Part shown: one piece after another, positions 11,716-23,505 of the stretch
Position numbering within the stretch: the stretch's first letter is position 1
How the letters are laid out: every line of letters starts with the position of its first letter
Origin: Perkinsela sp. CCAP 1560/9
Taxonomy: Eukaryota; Protista; Euglenozoa: Kinetoplastea
Reading direction: 5' to 3'
DNA length: 64,000 nt
Assembly: GCA_965644495.1 (NCBI GenBank)
Contig: CBFFSA010000014.1
Location: 275,906 to 339,905, forward strand
The notes under the pieces: model-generated
What the model was told of the DNA's origin: nothing
The model's input: only the letters and a program-made list of their open reading frames with translations
The model's database searches: none
Program-made: the position numbers and the translations under genes

Positions 11716-12114
11716 CTATACGTTCCATTTCCAACCGGCAAAAAAGTTAAGCACACCCAGTACAGTTAGGTAGGCAGCAATAATAATACCCCACCCTTTC
11801 CACATTAACCCCGCAAGAAAAATATAGAAGAGCCCACGACCAGTGCGGGTTGTGAGAAATTTACAGTAAACCTCAAAGCGAGGTGTCCGAAGAAATCCAA
11901 GTTCGGCTACCAGTGATATCATAGCGAACACTATGAGATAGAAATGTACCAACGTCCATCGTAGTGATGTAAAGTGGCATAACATATACGCGTTGTATGC
12001 AGCAAGGCCCAGCCCCCCAATAGCTCCGGCAATGAGCAGAACCCACCGAATGGACTGTAGACTGCGAGGCCTGGACTCTACAGTGGTGCGATACCCCGAT
12101 GAGGAATCCTCCAT
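11716..12114 (-). CDS. COPI-associated (TVP15-like) Golgi membrane protein
   Basis: Several TM helices with FL...tGRGLFYIF.G motif. Confidence 0.8.
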   Translation of the reverse strand: MEDSSSGYRTTVESRPRSLQSIRWVLLIAGAIGGLGLAAYNAYMLCHFTSLRWTLVHFYLIVFAMISLVAELGFLRTPRFEVYCKFLTTRTGRGLFYIFLAGLMWKGWGIIIAAYLTVLGVLNFFAGWKWNV

Positions 12115-12391
12115 AAAGGTTCAGTAAAGTAAGTAGAAAGCAGCAATCTAAAAAGTACTTTGTGAATCCTCTACTTATACGATGAAAAATTTGAGTACGC
12201 GTTGCGTTCCTTCTCAGGCTCCAATAACACACCTTTCAGAAAGCAAACAACCCAACAGATGATCATGTTTCATTGTCTATACTTCAGGGGAATGACTGTC
12301 ACATTTTCGAAAGTTAGTAGAACACAGCGCATCAGTAAAAACATGTACAGTGATACCCATAGTCTCGAAGAGAAAATTCAGAAGATACATC

Positions 12392-13432
12392 TCACCCCAT
12401 CACCTCTGTTTTATACTTTTCAAACGGCAGAACGCTTAAAGCGTTTAGAGCTGTGTTTAAGCCTAAATCCATTGTTTCCGTAAGCATGTTCTCCGCTAAA
12501 TTTTGCAAATGTAGTCGAGCATTCGGTTTGCCAACGTTGCTTACGTCATCCTCTTCTTTTCCACTGCGCAGTGCCTTTTCATATTGCAATGCAAGGGAAG
12601 CCATCTTCTTGAGATTTTCCACGCGGTTTTTGTTTTTCACCACTCTCGAACCCTCTCGCAGGGCGTTCTCCCACCCCTTTTTGTACACATTCTGCAACAT
12701 ATTCATCTCGTGCTCATTTTTACGATACTCCACGGGCATACTATAGTACTGTCGATTAAGATTATGCATCAGCGCCTGTATGGAGGGAGGGTTAAGAAAC
12801 CCCACGTTGGAGGTAGTCTGTCGGGGCTCCTTTCCCGTCATCATCGCACTCTGCGGAATACACCGAAACGCGTCCATCACCACTCTCCCCCGGACACTCT
12901 GAATCGGATCCACCACCACCGACACCGACCGCGGGTTGAGCTGCTCAAAACTCTGCGCCGTACTCACATCCACCCCTGAGAGCCAGCACCCGAACCCGGG
13001 GTGGGAGTGGTACCACCCCACCACCTTCTCCGGGCGCCCCACGAGCTCCAGCTTGGCCAGCATCCCGGCCTGGTACTCCGGGTCCACGGCCTCGACGGAG
13101 ATCCCGGTGCCGCTCTGGGGCATGGAGAACACGTCGACGACCCGCACGGTGTACTCGTCGAGGAACTCCCCGACCATCAGCCCCATCACCTCCATCGGGA
13201 CCCCCGCGCGCCCGTGCAGCAGCATCTTGAGGAGCGCGAGGGGGGAGAGGTGGACGGTCTCGGCGGTGTCCGCGACCGGGAGGTCCACCCCCTCGGGGGA
13301 GCCCCGCGACCCCTGGAGCTGGCGCAGGATCGCGTTCAGATCCATGGGGAAAAGGAAAAGGAGGAAGAGAGGTAAAAAAATAAAGGCGGGTGAAAATGGT
13401 GAAAAAAGTGAGAATCTCGTTTTTGATTGCAC
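12392..13432 (-). CDS. RPN11: 26S proteasome lid deubiquitinase RPN11/PSMD14 (true start probably MDLNAIL at ~13345)
   Basis: DTAETV.LS.LALLKML.HGRAGVPMEVMGLM; JAMM motif WYHSHPGFGCWLSGVD. Confidence 0.97.
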   Translation of the reverse strand: MQSKTRFSLFSPFSPAFIFLPLFLLFLFPMDLNAILRQLQGSRGSPEGVDLPVADTAETVHLSPLALLKMLLHGRAGVPMEVMGLMVGEFLDEYTVRVVDVFSMPQSGTGISVEAVDPEYQAGMLAKLELVGRPEKVVGWYHSHPGFGCWLSGVDVSTAQSFEQLNPRSVSVVVDPIQSVRGRVVMDAFRCIPQSAMMTGKEPRQTTSNVGFLNPPSIQALMHNLNRQYYSMPVEYRKNEHEMNMLQNVYKKGWENALREGSRVVKNKNRVENLKKMASLALQYEKALRSGKEEDDVSNVGKPNARLHLQNLAENMLTETMDLGLNTALNALSVLPFEKYKTEVMG

Positions 13433-14516
13433 ACAAAAATATTTACCGTCCCCCCATTTACTGTGACCCCCCCTTTAATATGCACAAAATTGAAGCTGAA
13501 GAAAGTTCGTGTAGTGAGACCGATTTGATTTTTTTCCTTTTTTATTCTGTTTGGAAAGTCACTTAGGATACCAACTTCCAACATTATGTTACTCAATACT
13601 GTAGACTTTTTAGCTTTCTCTATCTGCTTCTCTATCCGCTTAAAATCTTCTCTATCTGCTTCTCTTCGTCAACACATGTCGCACACGGACGGTGTACCGA
13701 CAACCGTTCATAGAATAAAAGGTCCGCTGTCGAGTTGGGCTGGGTCAGCGCCACCTTCCCCACAGGTAGGGGAACGGGCACCTGTTCTACAAACTAATAC
13801 ACCTCCAACGCCGTTGGAGGTTGTACCGTTGAACTGTAAAAGAAAAAAAGCGGCAGCGAGTTGAACTCACAATTTACGACAAACGCGAGATTTGTCGATC
13901 CCAGGACTCAGTGAAGGCTATTCGAGAAAAGTACGGGATATCCATACCCCAACAGTTAATTTACCAATTAACCGTGTTAATTAACCATTAATTAACCAGT
14001 AGTTAATTTGGTTAACCACAAAGCGGTTTCGCGGATGCGCGCACAGCGAGGTGTAAGAATGTGTACGTTTTGTGTACTCAGCGAGAGGTGGAGTGAAGAG
14101 GTGAATAGGCAGCGACTTTGAGGGGCGGAAAGGGGTGAGATCTCGCATTTTCATTGGAAAGTATGCAGCAGGTCTAAGTTCGTGTTGGTCCGTGATGAGG
14201 TGTGTGGTAATCCGTGTGGATTCGTGTAGAATTTGTTTTGGCATTCTTTGAGAGAGGCTCAATGGCTCGGCCGCTAGGAGGAAGGTATTGTAGACCAGGG
14301 ATAGAATTAGTTAAACCACCCTTTATGTTCCTGATCTAAGACGTCTTGATCTAAGTAACTTTATGTTGCTGGTCTAAGATGTCGTAATGGAGCCTGTATC
14401 AGTCATCATTATTTGCTGGTTTGAATCTCTGCTTGAAGATACTGGTTTGTTTTGGTTTTTGTTTCGTTTTGCTGCGATCTCGGGATACACTTGAGGGGCT
14501 GCGGGTGAGGCCCAAT

Positions 14517-14577
14517 ATGAGATCACGCGAGATCATGCGACATCACGTGAGATCATGCGAGATCACGCGAGATCTCA
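14517..14577. repeat. 10-bp tandem repeat (GAGATCAYGC)x6 next to a GAGGGGCTGCGGGT transposon end
   Basis: Seen directly; the same end motif occurs at 51875, ~47066 and (reverse) ~27825. Confidence 0.75.
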
Positions 14578-16729
14578 CTAAAGTGGATTTGTCTCGGGAC
14601 GGTGGTCGGACGATATCATATCTCGAAGAACAGTTTACGACATCCGTGCGACTGGGATTTACCCGGACAGTGGTTTAGTTAAAACACGTCACTTGAAAGA
14701 AAAGTTGAATAACAGCTGAAAGAATAACAACTGAAGGAATAAATCCGCTTAGGCACATACTAATAATCCTTATGATGGTAATGGTCGTTCCCACACGAAA
14801 ATATCGGATTTAGCGCTCTCAGAACAAAAATACTCAAAAACGCCCCCATTTTTACCTAAAAATCGGCGATTTTTGGTTCAAATCCTTCCGGTTTTTTCGG
14901 CTTCCTTTTTTTAGGCTTTTTTTCGCGAAGCTCGCAACATGAGTGACTTCTCACTTGAAAACAACCACCGCGTTTAACGAAGAGCCTAAAAAAGAAAAAT
15001 ATTAAGAATGAACTAGATAAAACTACTATAAATCGGGAAAAAAAGTGTTTCTGTGTAAGTCTGTGTGAATTCGTGTACATCCGTGTAGGTTCGTGTAGGT
15101 TTTTTTGAACCCCAACCTAGCCCATCTGCAGACTCTCCATTGTAATCGATCTAATACCCCAAAAAACAAAGTTGACTTCGGGTTCAGCATTGGAAGACAC
15201 ATATGCATGCTTTCGGAAGCTTTCGTTAGGAGAAGATGGGGAATGATACAGTGCCTGTCTCCGGCAGACGTGGAACATAGGATCTCAGTGTTTCTCACAG
15301 TTTACCTTCAGAATGCCGTTCGGAAACTCGTTCTGCTTTTTTCGGGGATGAAACGGCGATGTTGGTAAACGGTGAGGTACAAGGATATACGCTAGAGCAG
15401 ATCGGATACCTGCAACCGAAGGTGGTCGACACAAATCCCAAGGAAACTGTTACCGTCTTCCTGGCTGGAATATATGACTTTGCCCTAGATAAAGTTTACC
15501 CTCTTTACCCAACTGATATATTCAACCACAGCGCCAAGAATCGTGAGAGTTCTAGCATTTATGCTGAAATGACGCGCCAGGCTTCCGCTCTTACTGGAAT
15601 ATACGCGGATGTTAGTCAATCTGGTTGGGTAAAGGGAGATAACCCCCCTCTCATTAATAATTATAAACCTCTAAAAATCATTAACATGTTGGTTTATAGG
15701 AAATTAATTAGACTATAATTCTGAGTCTCACTTTTATAATTATAAACCCCAAATTCTTCATTTTTTATCTAGAAAGTCATCTGTACCACATGCTTTGCAC
15801 TAAAAACTGCTTCCAAGTTGAGTAAAGTGTCTCGAAAATCAAGAATTTGAAGCCCATAATAAGAAAAATTCACTTAATAAGTGAATTTTTATTGATGAAT
15901 TTTTATTTCTATTGATGATTTCTATTGATGAATTTTCATTTTAATACGGTCCCCCCCACTTAAGCGCAACCAGGTTTTGGCCTAAAATTGCGCATAAGTA
16001 GCCGGGTCAATAAAAGGGGTGAAAAAAAATTTTCGCGCCGCTTCGCGGCGCGTGTTTCAATCATGAGTTATGTACGCGGGGTGCCCCGGGGGGCTGCTTT
16101 TTATACACTCCCCCTCTAATTTCTATAAAATATATTTTATAAAAAAAATGAGTTATAAAACCCACACAGCGAATAAGTCACCCCCCTCTTTTTTTTGTAC
16201 AACGAGGCTTAGGGGGGTTGCGGCACCACTTTTTCGTTCAAAATTTTGAGATCTGCACGTTCCCGCTGTTTTTAGACCTCTTCACAGATAACAAATTAAA
16301 ACTCATTTTTTTAATGACGTTTTTACATAGTCATGCCAATATTACCTGAAAAATCTCATGTTCCTCGACCAGGGGGGAGAAGGGGGTCAACATGAAAATA
16401 GTGTCACAGATCTTCGCTAGGGGAACGAGATCTCTCGATTGCAACAAAAATGATGAAAAACAGATAACAAACATTCAATTTGTCACGTGGTGGAATATTT
16501 GTCTTTGATTGGTTATTTCTTGAAACGGTGATAAATCAACTTTTTTAAGCTGTCCCCTTTACTTTTTGCTTGAAGGGGCCTAAGGGGGTCAAGATATCAT
16601 TTTCTCGTTCAAAATTCTGAGATCTACACGTTCCCACCATTTTTAGATCATTTTAGAAACTGAAAAAGAAAATTGTTTTTAGGTTCTATTTTTTTGCATC
16701 GTCATACCACACTAATTTAAGAAAACAAA

Positions 16730-17955
16730 GGTGAAACTGAAGCAAAATTCGGTTTTTTTTCAGCTTTTGTCTATCAAATTCTCTGATTGTAGAAAATACT
16801 TCTCCAGAGATCGTATTCATATTTTCTTGAGTTTTTCGCTATTCTTTTCGCCATTTTCAGTTACTTGGTCTATCTTTCCATGCCTTGCACGGGGTGTGTT
16901 GGGTTTTTTTGTCGGCGAAAGCTGACAATAAGTAAGATTGCAACTTGGACTGAAAAGCAGTGTGTGGAGTGGCTACAAGATCATAAGTTGGTGGCACAAA
17001 AGGTCATATGTTGCAAGCGAAATCACACGAGTGACCACACTATGGAAATGAATGGTGAAAAATGGAAGTGCACGAAGTCTTGCAAAGGGATATATGAGAA
17101 GACGGGTCCACTGTTGCCGGGCAGGGTGCAGCGAAGCGCTAAACAAACACTGAAGTACATTGTACTTTACGTTCGGGGGAATAGACATGAGGTGTCTGTT
17201 GCAGAGACGGAGCTCAGTGAGAAAACAATTATATCACTACGTCAGTGGATTGATTCCATCATGACAACTTGTCATGTGCGTCGACGCGCCCGACAAAGAG
17301 GGAGCGTCCACTCGATGCAGTGTGATGAAACTTTTTTCTCGGTTCGGAAACGTCACCGAGGTAGTCACGGTTCGAGGAGCGTGCGCGCAGAAGGTACGCA
17401 AGTAGCCCAAACAGTTGCGGCGACGACTCGAAACAACAAGTTATCCGAAATTTTAATGCAAGTAGTACCAGATCGCACTGCTGGTTCTCTTGTCCCCGGA
17501 ATTACAGAACTAGCCACAGGAGAACGTACCAGAATTTGGACAGACGGCGCTCGTCACAATATTCGTCTCGGGCAGAACTACAAGTGGGAAAGCGTCAACC
17601 ACCGTCGACAGTGGGTCACAAAGGAAGGTGTGCACACAAACACTGTGGAGTGTGCGAACTCAATCGTCAAGAAGCGTTCAAAGCGTGAAGGTGGTGTGTT
17701 GGGCCGGAAAGGCGCCCGGAGAGATGATCGGGTGCAGGCCTACGCAGAGCAGGGAAGCGGAAGTTTGAAGTGTAATGGGGGGGATGCTTTGTTGCGCGTG
17801 CTTGAAAATTTAAAAGAGCATTGCGCTTGCGTATACGTATAGTGTCCGCTTTTTAAGTCTAAAGTTGTGAGTTTAAGTTTTTCAACATTTTTTGAGCATT
17901 TTTTGAACAGATTTATGAAAAAAACGAAAAAAACGAATTTTACTTCAGTTTAGCC
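16730..17955 (+). mobile_element. Merlin / IS1595 (ISXO2-like) DNA transposon, intact 325-aa transposase ORF 16865-17842
   Basis: N-terminal Cys-rich finger; QCDETFF..RK..RG, IWTDG, VNH...V...GVHTNTVE; GG-starting TIRs GGTGAAACTGAAGCAAAATTCG / GGCTAAACTGAAGTAAAATTCG; no matching TSD seen. Confidence 0.9.
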
Positions 17956-19499
17956 AGTTTTTTTCATTGAATATAGTTACTACATAGTACTATATTTACT
18001 ATATTTTACTATAAAACTATAAGAAAACTATAAAGTTTTTTTCACACTACAAGTGATATTTTTTGAGTCCTCTCCGCTTGTGAAGGACATACACACGCCT
18101 CTACATGCGTTCTTACACGCTTACATACGTATGATATGATAAGAAATTCTGAAAAAAATGTAACCCAAGCTAAAGTGGACGAGGGAGATACTAAAAGCAC
18201 CTTTGGCAAACCACCATAAAAATGGAAGGGTATGTCCCTTAAAGATTCTTTGGGCACGTCGGAATCCTTTACAAACCGGGAGATATCATTCCATTTTTGT
18301 GGTGGTTTAAAGGTGCTTTTAGAACCTCCCTCGTCCACTTTATCCTGGGTTACATAGCTATCGAAACATCCTCCCTCTTCCCCGCGATTCCATCACCGCC
18401 GAAAAATATCATCAACTGGTGTGTCATCTCCTCGGAAATAGCAATGAAACGCATGCGAAAGGAGTGACGATAGGAAGTACAAACTCTCCACTCGACAACA
18501 CACCGCGTAATTTATTCAGACTCATATGATTGTATTTATTCAAACTCATAGAATTGTGAGCAGCAGTTATTCAGTCCCAAGACATAACGTCGGTGGCTCC
18601 AGCCAACGCGCGGCGACAGCGATGCAGTGAGAAGATGTTCGGGACGCAAGGTTCGCACAAGGCAATCTGTCAAGGCCACGCGATGGGACTGGGGTACGTC
18701 CCCTCCTGACACAAGTTACATTCAACCGCTTGTTTACTTCCCTCCGTGTGCAGCAGTTCAATAAAATAATCTTTGCAGAAACTATCCCTCGTAAATTTAA
18801 TTTCGGGCATCAATTTTCGGGTTTAAAAATAAGAAAAATCGTACACAAATGAATTCGCCGTGTATTTATGGCGTGTTGGTGAGCTTCGGAGTGCTTAAAA
18901 TGTGAAACAAAAAAATATAGTTTTTTATAGTTTTCGAAAAAAGTTTATAGTAACTATATAGTACTATATTGATAGTTTTATAGTTTCTGCGAACCCTGGT
19001 AAATTTTACGAGCACACCCCGGACTAAAGTGGACGAGGGAGATACTAAACCGCAGTCCGGTTTAACATTCCGGGGGGGTAGTTAAGTAGCTACAGGAAGG
19101 TTAACTTTTTTTTGAGTTTGTAAATCATCTTCTTGAAAAAAAGGATGACATAAAAGTTAACATACCTGTAACAAGATAACGTACCGGGGGGGGGTATGTT
19201 ATCCTGTAACACCGCTTACAGGATAAGGACCGTGTACGGGATAAAGAGACGTTTCCTTCAGGAAGTAAAGCGTTCAATTATTTGCGCGCGTCGCCTTTTT
19301 CCGATATACCGTAGACCCACCAGTAATAGACCCCTCATTAACAAGGATTTGGCTCGGGAGGGTGGCTCAAGGGGGGAGGGGGATTTGGGAGGGGGGAGGG
19401 TGGTTGCGCGGGAGCGAGTGTTCTTCTTTTACCCTGAATGGGTTACCCGGGCTGCTCCGATTTTTCATGCACTGATAAGTGGTCCTATACTTTGCTTTG

Positions 19500-19760
19500 T
19501 ATGCCAACGGAAGGCAGTATCATATTCCGGATTAAAAGTCATGCTCTTATGCATGAGGCCACTACTTGTTCGAAAGGTCATGAGCCACGGGTATGTACTC
19601 TTAAGGAAGAGCATTGGTTATGCTCCGATAGAAAGTGCTGCGGTAAAACTTATTTTTTGGAACCTCTTCTTACGGCCGCACGTGGGCGCACCGGAAACCA
19701 GGTTTTTAAAGTCTTATACGGTATCACTTCTGCAGCCGGCTACAGATCTCAATGGTAAAC
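19500..19760 (+). pseudogene. Merlin transposase N-terminal fragment
   Basis: IKSHALMHEATTCSKGHEPRVCTLKEEHWLCSDRKC aligns with MRNHKLTVQSVSCERGHERVLCNLKGGKFHCPVRSC of the 45.6-kb Merlin. Confidence 0.65.
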
Positions 19761-21152
19761 GGACTTGGGGCAAAAGCGATCACTCCGCTGACAAACATCC
19801 CTTTGAGTCGTGCTCTCGAACAATGAAAATCGAAGAAACGAAAAAATGAAAATCGAAACTTTTTCCAATTTCCTTCCAAAAAAATTCAAAAAAATCCGCA
19901 TTAAAGGGGGGGATCAGGGGGGTCCGTATTAAAGGGGGGGGTCACAGTAAGTGGCTTGGTTAGATTATCGTGGCCTGTACTATAGTACAGTATGTAAAAA
20001 AGTATAGAAGTAAAAAAATGGTAACCGCCTACTGTATTCGTATTTAAAATAATTTTACAAGGTGTACAAAGTCCATTCACTCAGATCTACAGTGTCACAA
20101 GAGTTCTCTCAAACGGACTTACTATACTAATTTTAGAGGGGGTGTCTTATCTTGTCGAGGGGTTTACATGTATGGAGAGTAGCGATATAAACGATAAAAA
20201 CAATCCTCTAAAAAAAATAGCACCACTTCGCGGCGCGGTATTCGTCATGCCTCAATATTGCGCTTAAGTAGCCATGTCAAACGGTTGCGCATAAGTGGGG
20301 GGACAGTAACTATCCGGAGTAACGAGTCACACGATTTCAGTTTTAGTATCTTTCCAATGAAAGGGAACCCAAAGAAGAAATATGAAAACAAAGGAATTAT
20401 CAGAACGGTCTTGAAACAGTTTGACTTCAAGGAAACGTTTTTCAATTGGAATTCAGAGAGCTGGGTTTGGATATCATCATATCAAATGAAGCTAACATAA
20501 CTTTTAAGAACTTATTTATTATTTAGCAATTTATCTTTCACGATTTCAGACCATGAAAATAATTGAGGGAAAGCTACTGGGGTGTGCCGTTAACGCAGCT
20601 AGAAAAGTATTCAAAAATAACATTCTACTGTAGTTAGAAAACGGGGGAAGAAAACGTTCTGTCATAAGAATAAAGGAATTTGAACACTTGCTCCACTTTA
20701 TTATCAATATATTTATTTAATATCTATTTATTCAACATTTATTTATTCAATATTTATTTATTTATTTATTTAAGATATAATATCTTAATAGCGTTTCAAA
20801 GTCATACGTTCGTACTTTTTATCCAACTTCTTACTATACCCCACACTTTTCCCATGCTGTTAAACAGCGGGTGGTTGATGGACCAAGCCAATTAAGCTTT
20901 ACCACAATGAGACAGGTCACGGATATTTCAAGCAATGCAAAGAAAGTTCAGGCTAAAGCAGTCCACTGGGACACAGACCCGGGTAATTACCCATTTACAC
21001 GGCAGGGGCATGTTATTAAGTAGGGGGGATAGTAGATGATAAAAAACATACTTTCATCCAAGACTTTTGACACGTAAAATAGCAGTTTTTCAGTTTGTGT
21101 CGTAAGTGGTGCAAAGGTCTCCCATCCATCTTACTGCAGGAACACTATTAAG

Positions 21153-21893
21153 TCAGCTTAGTATAATTTTTGTATTTCGAACATCCATATAGAGTATATG
21201 TAAAGTCTTAGGCATAAGACTTTTCTTCACCTCACCTTGAAGATCTACATTACCGTACAGGCGTAGAGCTGACAGGCCTGGAGGTAACGAGTCTAATTGT
21301 ACCCAACCGTCGAACTGGTTTCTGTGAATAGCCAGATTCCACAGACGTGGTGGGAGACAACGTAGTTCCGGAGTTCCTGTAAAGGCATTGCAGCCCATGG
21401 CTAACGTCTCGAGCTCTGGAGGAAGATGACTTAAATCAGCGATTCCTGATAGATCATTCGTCGTTAGACATAGGTGAAGTAAAGTTTTCGGTAAACAAGT
21501 AAAATCGATTGACCCAGTGAAAATATTATGAGCGAAGTTAGCGTCCATGGTTTGTGGCGGTAATTCATTGAGAAGTAACTCCCCAGTAAGCTGATTGTTA
21601 GAAACAATAATTTGGAGCACTGAGCATGGGAGATATTTTAAATGGATATGGCCGTACAGTTCCATGTCAATGCCCCAGTCAAGCTTAGATGTTTTATTTC
21701 CCTCATCACATATCACATTCTTCCACTCACATGCTGCCGTGTTGGTATTCCAAGAGGGATCGGTATTTCCGACGTCTTTGATAAAATTTGCAAGTTCGTA
21801 TTCTTGTGGGACGTTGGCGCTACGAATCCGACCGCGACGTGATGATGGAATGTCCTCAGCACACAGAATGTGTAAAAAAGTCCTGTGAAACAT
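21153..21893 (-). CDS. LRR protein, intact paralog (start likely MFHRTFL at 21893)
   Basis: AEDIPSSRRGRIRSANVPQEYELA family motif, W....ACEW..V.CD cap, LRR repeats; the longer ORF start overlaps the upstream gene and is probably not used. Confidence 0.85.
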   Translation of the reverse strand: MFHRTFLHILCAEDIPSSRRGRIRSANVPQEYELANFIKDVGNTDPSWNTNTAACEWKNVICDEGNKTSKLDWGIDMELYGHIHLKYLPCSVLQIIVSNNQLTGELLLNELPPQTMDANFAHNIFTGSIDFTCLPKTLLHLCLTTNDLSGIADLSHLPPELETLAMGCNAFTGTPELRCLPPRLWNLAIHRNQFDGWVQLDSLPPGLSALRLYGNVDLQGEVKKSLMPKTLHILYMDVRNTKIILS

Positions 21894-22144
21894 GGAGTGT
21901 TGTATACTTTGCAAAGAATGACTTTGAAACCATAAGGATGAATACTTTTTAAGTATGTATGTTAAGTATGTACTGTATGTAATTACCGTATGTAGTAATG
22001 TTTGCTTCAGAAAATATATGAGCCTTAGACGGTGAATATGGCTTAATAATTGGGTAAATGAGGATTTGAATTTGTGTCCTGTAATACATCCATCCAAAGA
22101 ATCCTCCGAAGCTTTCTGTATTAGGGAATGTACTGCGATGTCGA

Positions 22145-23326
22145 CTACACAATAATCCAGTTCTTCTCGAAGAGGGACCTCATTTCGTTTGGCTGCTTGC
22201 CCACAAACCAACGGGATGGAGCGATCACGCGTTTTCTAGGGGCTTCGGAGAGATAAGCACCCCACCAGCTAAAAGAGCTGTTTGCTATAATAAGGTCATG
22301 ACAGTGAGCCATAGCTGCCATTTCGACGTAGTCTTCTTCATCGCTTAGGGCCACTTGTAGCCCACTAATTGTCTTCATGGCCCCGGATTCGTATTTCCAC
22401 GTGTGAGTGGAAAACATAGAGCGAAGCATAGAGCAGAACAATTCCCCATATATTTTATCATCACTAAAAACAATGATACGTAGAGTGTTGGACACAAAAT
22501 CGGGTGTATGAAGGAGCTCGCCATAAAGCTGACGTAGCGCTAGGTCGTAATAATTCTGGAACGTTTGGATATGAAACTGCTCTGGAAGCTTCAGATAGTC
22601 TCCACGACGGATATGAATGCCCAGAATGTGGTACGGTAGCTGCGCTTCCGAAGACTCTAATGGAGTCGTGGTCTCACACTTGGAGTTGCACAGACGATGA
22701 AGAACTTGTAATCCCTGTCTCCGTATCGACACTGGAAACAACAAGCGCGAAATTTCACTATGAAAATCTGAAAAATATGCGGAAGATTGAAAGAAACCAC
22801 GAAGCACATGTGTGGAAGATTGCCCTTTTTGCTTCTCTGATAATTGAATTGGTTGCGGAGTCGATTGCTCGGCGATGACATCACATTTGGACAAGTCCAT
22901 TTCATGTATCGTCGGAGACGTAGGAGAGGGGAGGAGCATCGAAGCTCCGTCGTGTTTGCGAAAGTAGTTCGTTTCTGAGAGAGACTCGAATTGTGTTCGC
23001 CAGTACACTGGACGCGGCTCAAAGCAGCTGTCACTGCAGGGATAGTGTGGAATGTAAAGATCAAGTTCGTTTCGTAGCGCTGTAGCAATCCCGGTGGCAA
23101 GTATGAACATTTGATTTCCCAAACCTCCAACAATAGGAGCAACAATTTGAGGACGTGTTGGCGTTTTTTGTGCGCAAAACCGTACAGTGGAGCGAGTATG
23201 AAGCGAACGGAAAGAACGGACCAACATGTTTTCCCTCAATATTACTCTTGAAGAACACCTCCGAGAATTCATTCCGCTGAAATCTAGAAAATAGCACAAC
23301 ACTATCCTACTCTCTTTTGATAACAA
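22145..23326 (-). CDS. FUT1: Alpha-1,2-fucosyltransferase, GT11 family, probable mitochondrial presequence
   Basis: GGLGNQMF, GFFQS, HIRRGDYL, VFSDD, IIANSSFSWWGAYL; Arg/Ser-rich MLVRSFRSLHTRSTVRF. Confidence 0.92.
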   Translation of the reverse strand: MLSKESRIVLCYFLDFSGMNSRRCSSRVILRENMLVRSFRSLHTRSTVRFCAQKTPTRPQIVAPIVGGLGNQMFILATGIATALRNELDLYIPHYPCSDSCFEPRPVYWRTQFESLSETNYFRKHDGASMLLPSPTSPTIHEMDLSKCDVIAEQSTPQPIQLSEKQKGQSSTHVLRGFFQSSAYFSDFHSEISRLLFPVSIRRQGLQVLHRLCNSKCETTTPLESSEAQLPYHILGIHIRRGDYLKLPEQFHIQTFQNYYDLALRQLYGELLHTPDFVSNTLRIIVFSDDKIYGELFCSMLRSMFSTHTWKYESGAMKTISGLQVALSDEEDYVEMAAMAHCHDLIIANSSFSWWGAYLSEAPRKRVIAPSRWFVGKQPNEMRSLFEKNWIIV

Positions 23327-23505
23327 ACACCAAATACACCCTTAAAAACGGTTATCTTCTACATTTCTAACCACTATGTTTCTCCTACAAGCTTTCATTC
23401 CTTTGACCAAAAGAGGTAAACAAAAGATGAGTACGGTACCCAGTAGTAAATGTTACTGAAAAAAAATCCCTCCCATTTTCACACCCTTCTCCCCCCCTTT
23501 CTCTT

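Larger units (their letters stand above)
13461..19947. mobile_element. Nested transposon island bounded by a TA-flanked TIR pair
   Basis: TA-CTGTGACCCCCCCTTTAATA at 13461 and its reverse complement ending 19947-TA; same end also at ~44560 and ~48010; a second TIR pair 15947/20306 is interleaved. Confidence 0.6.

Noticed and set aside
15105-15718. Possible second ORF of a Harbinger-like element
   Set aside because: Fragmented and no motif recognised
21894-22211. Overlap between LRR and fucosyltransferase genes
   Set aside because: Paralog comparison places the LRR start at 21893; the extension is incidental
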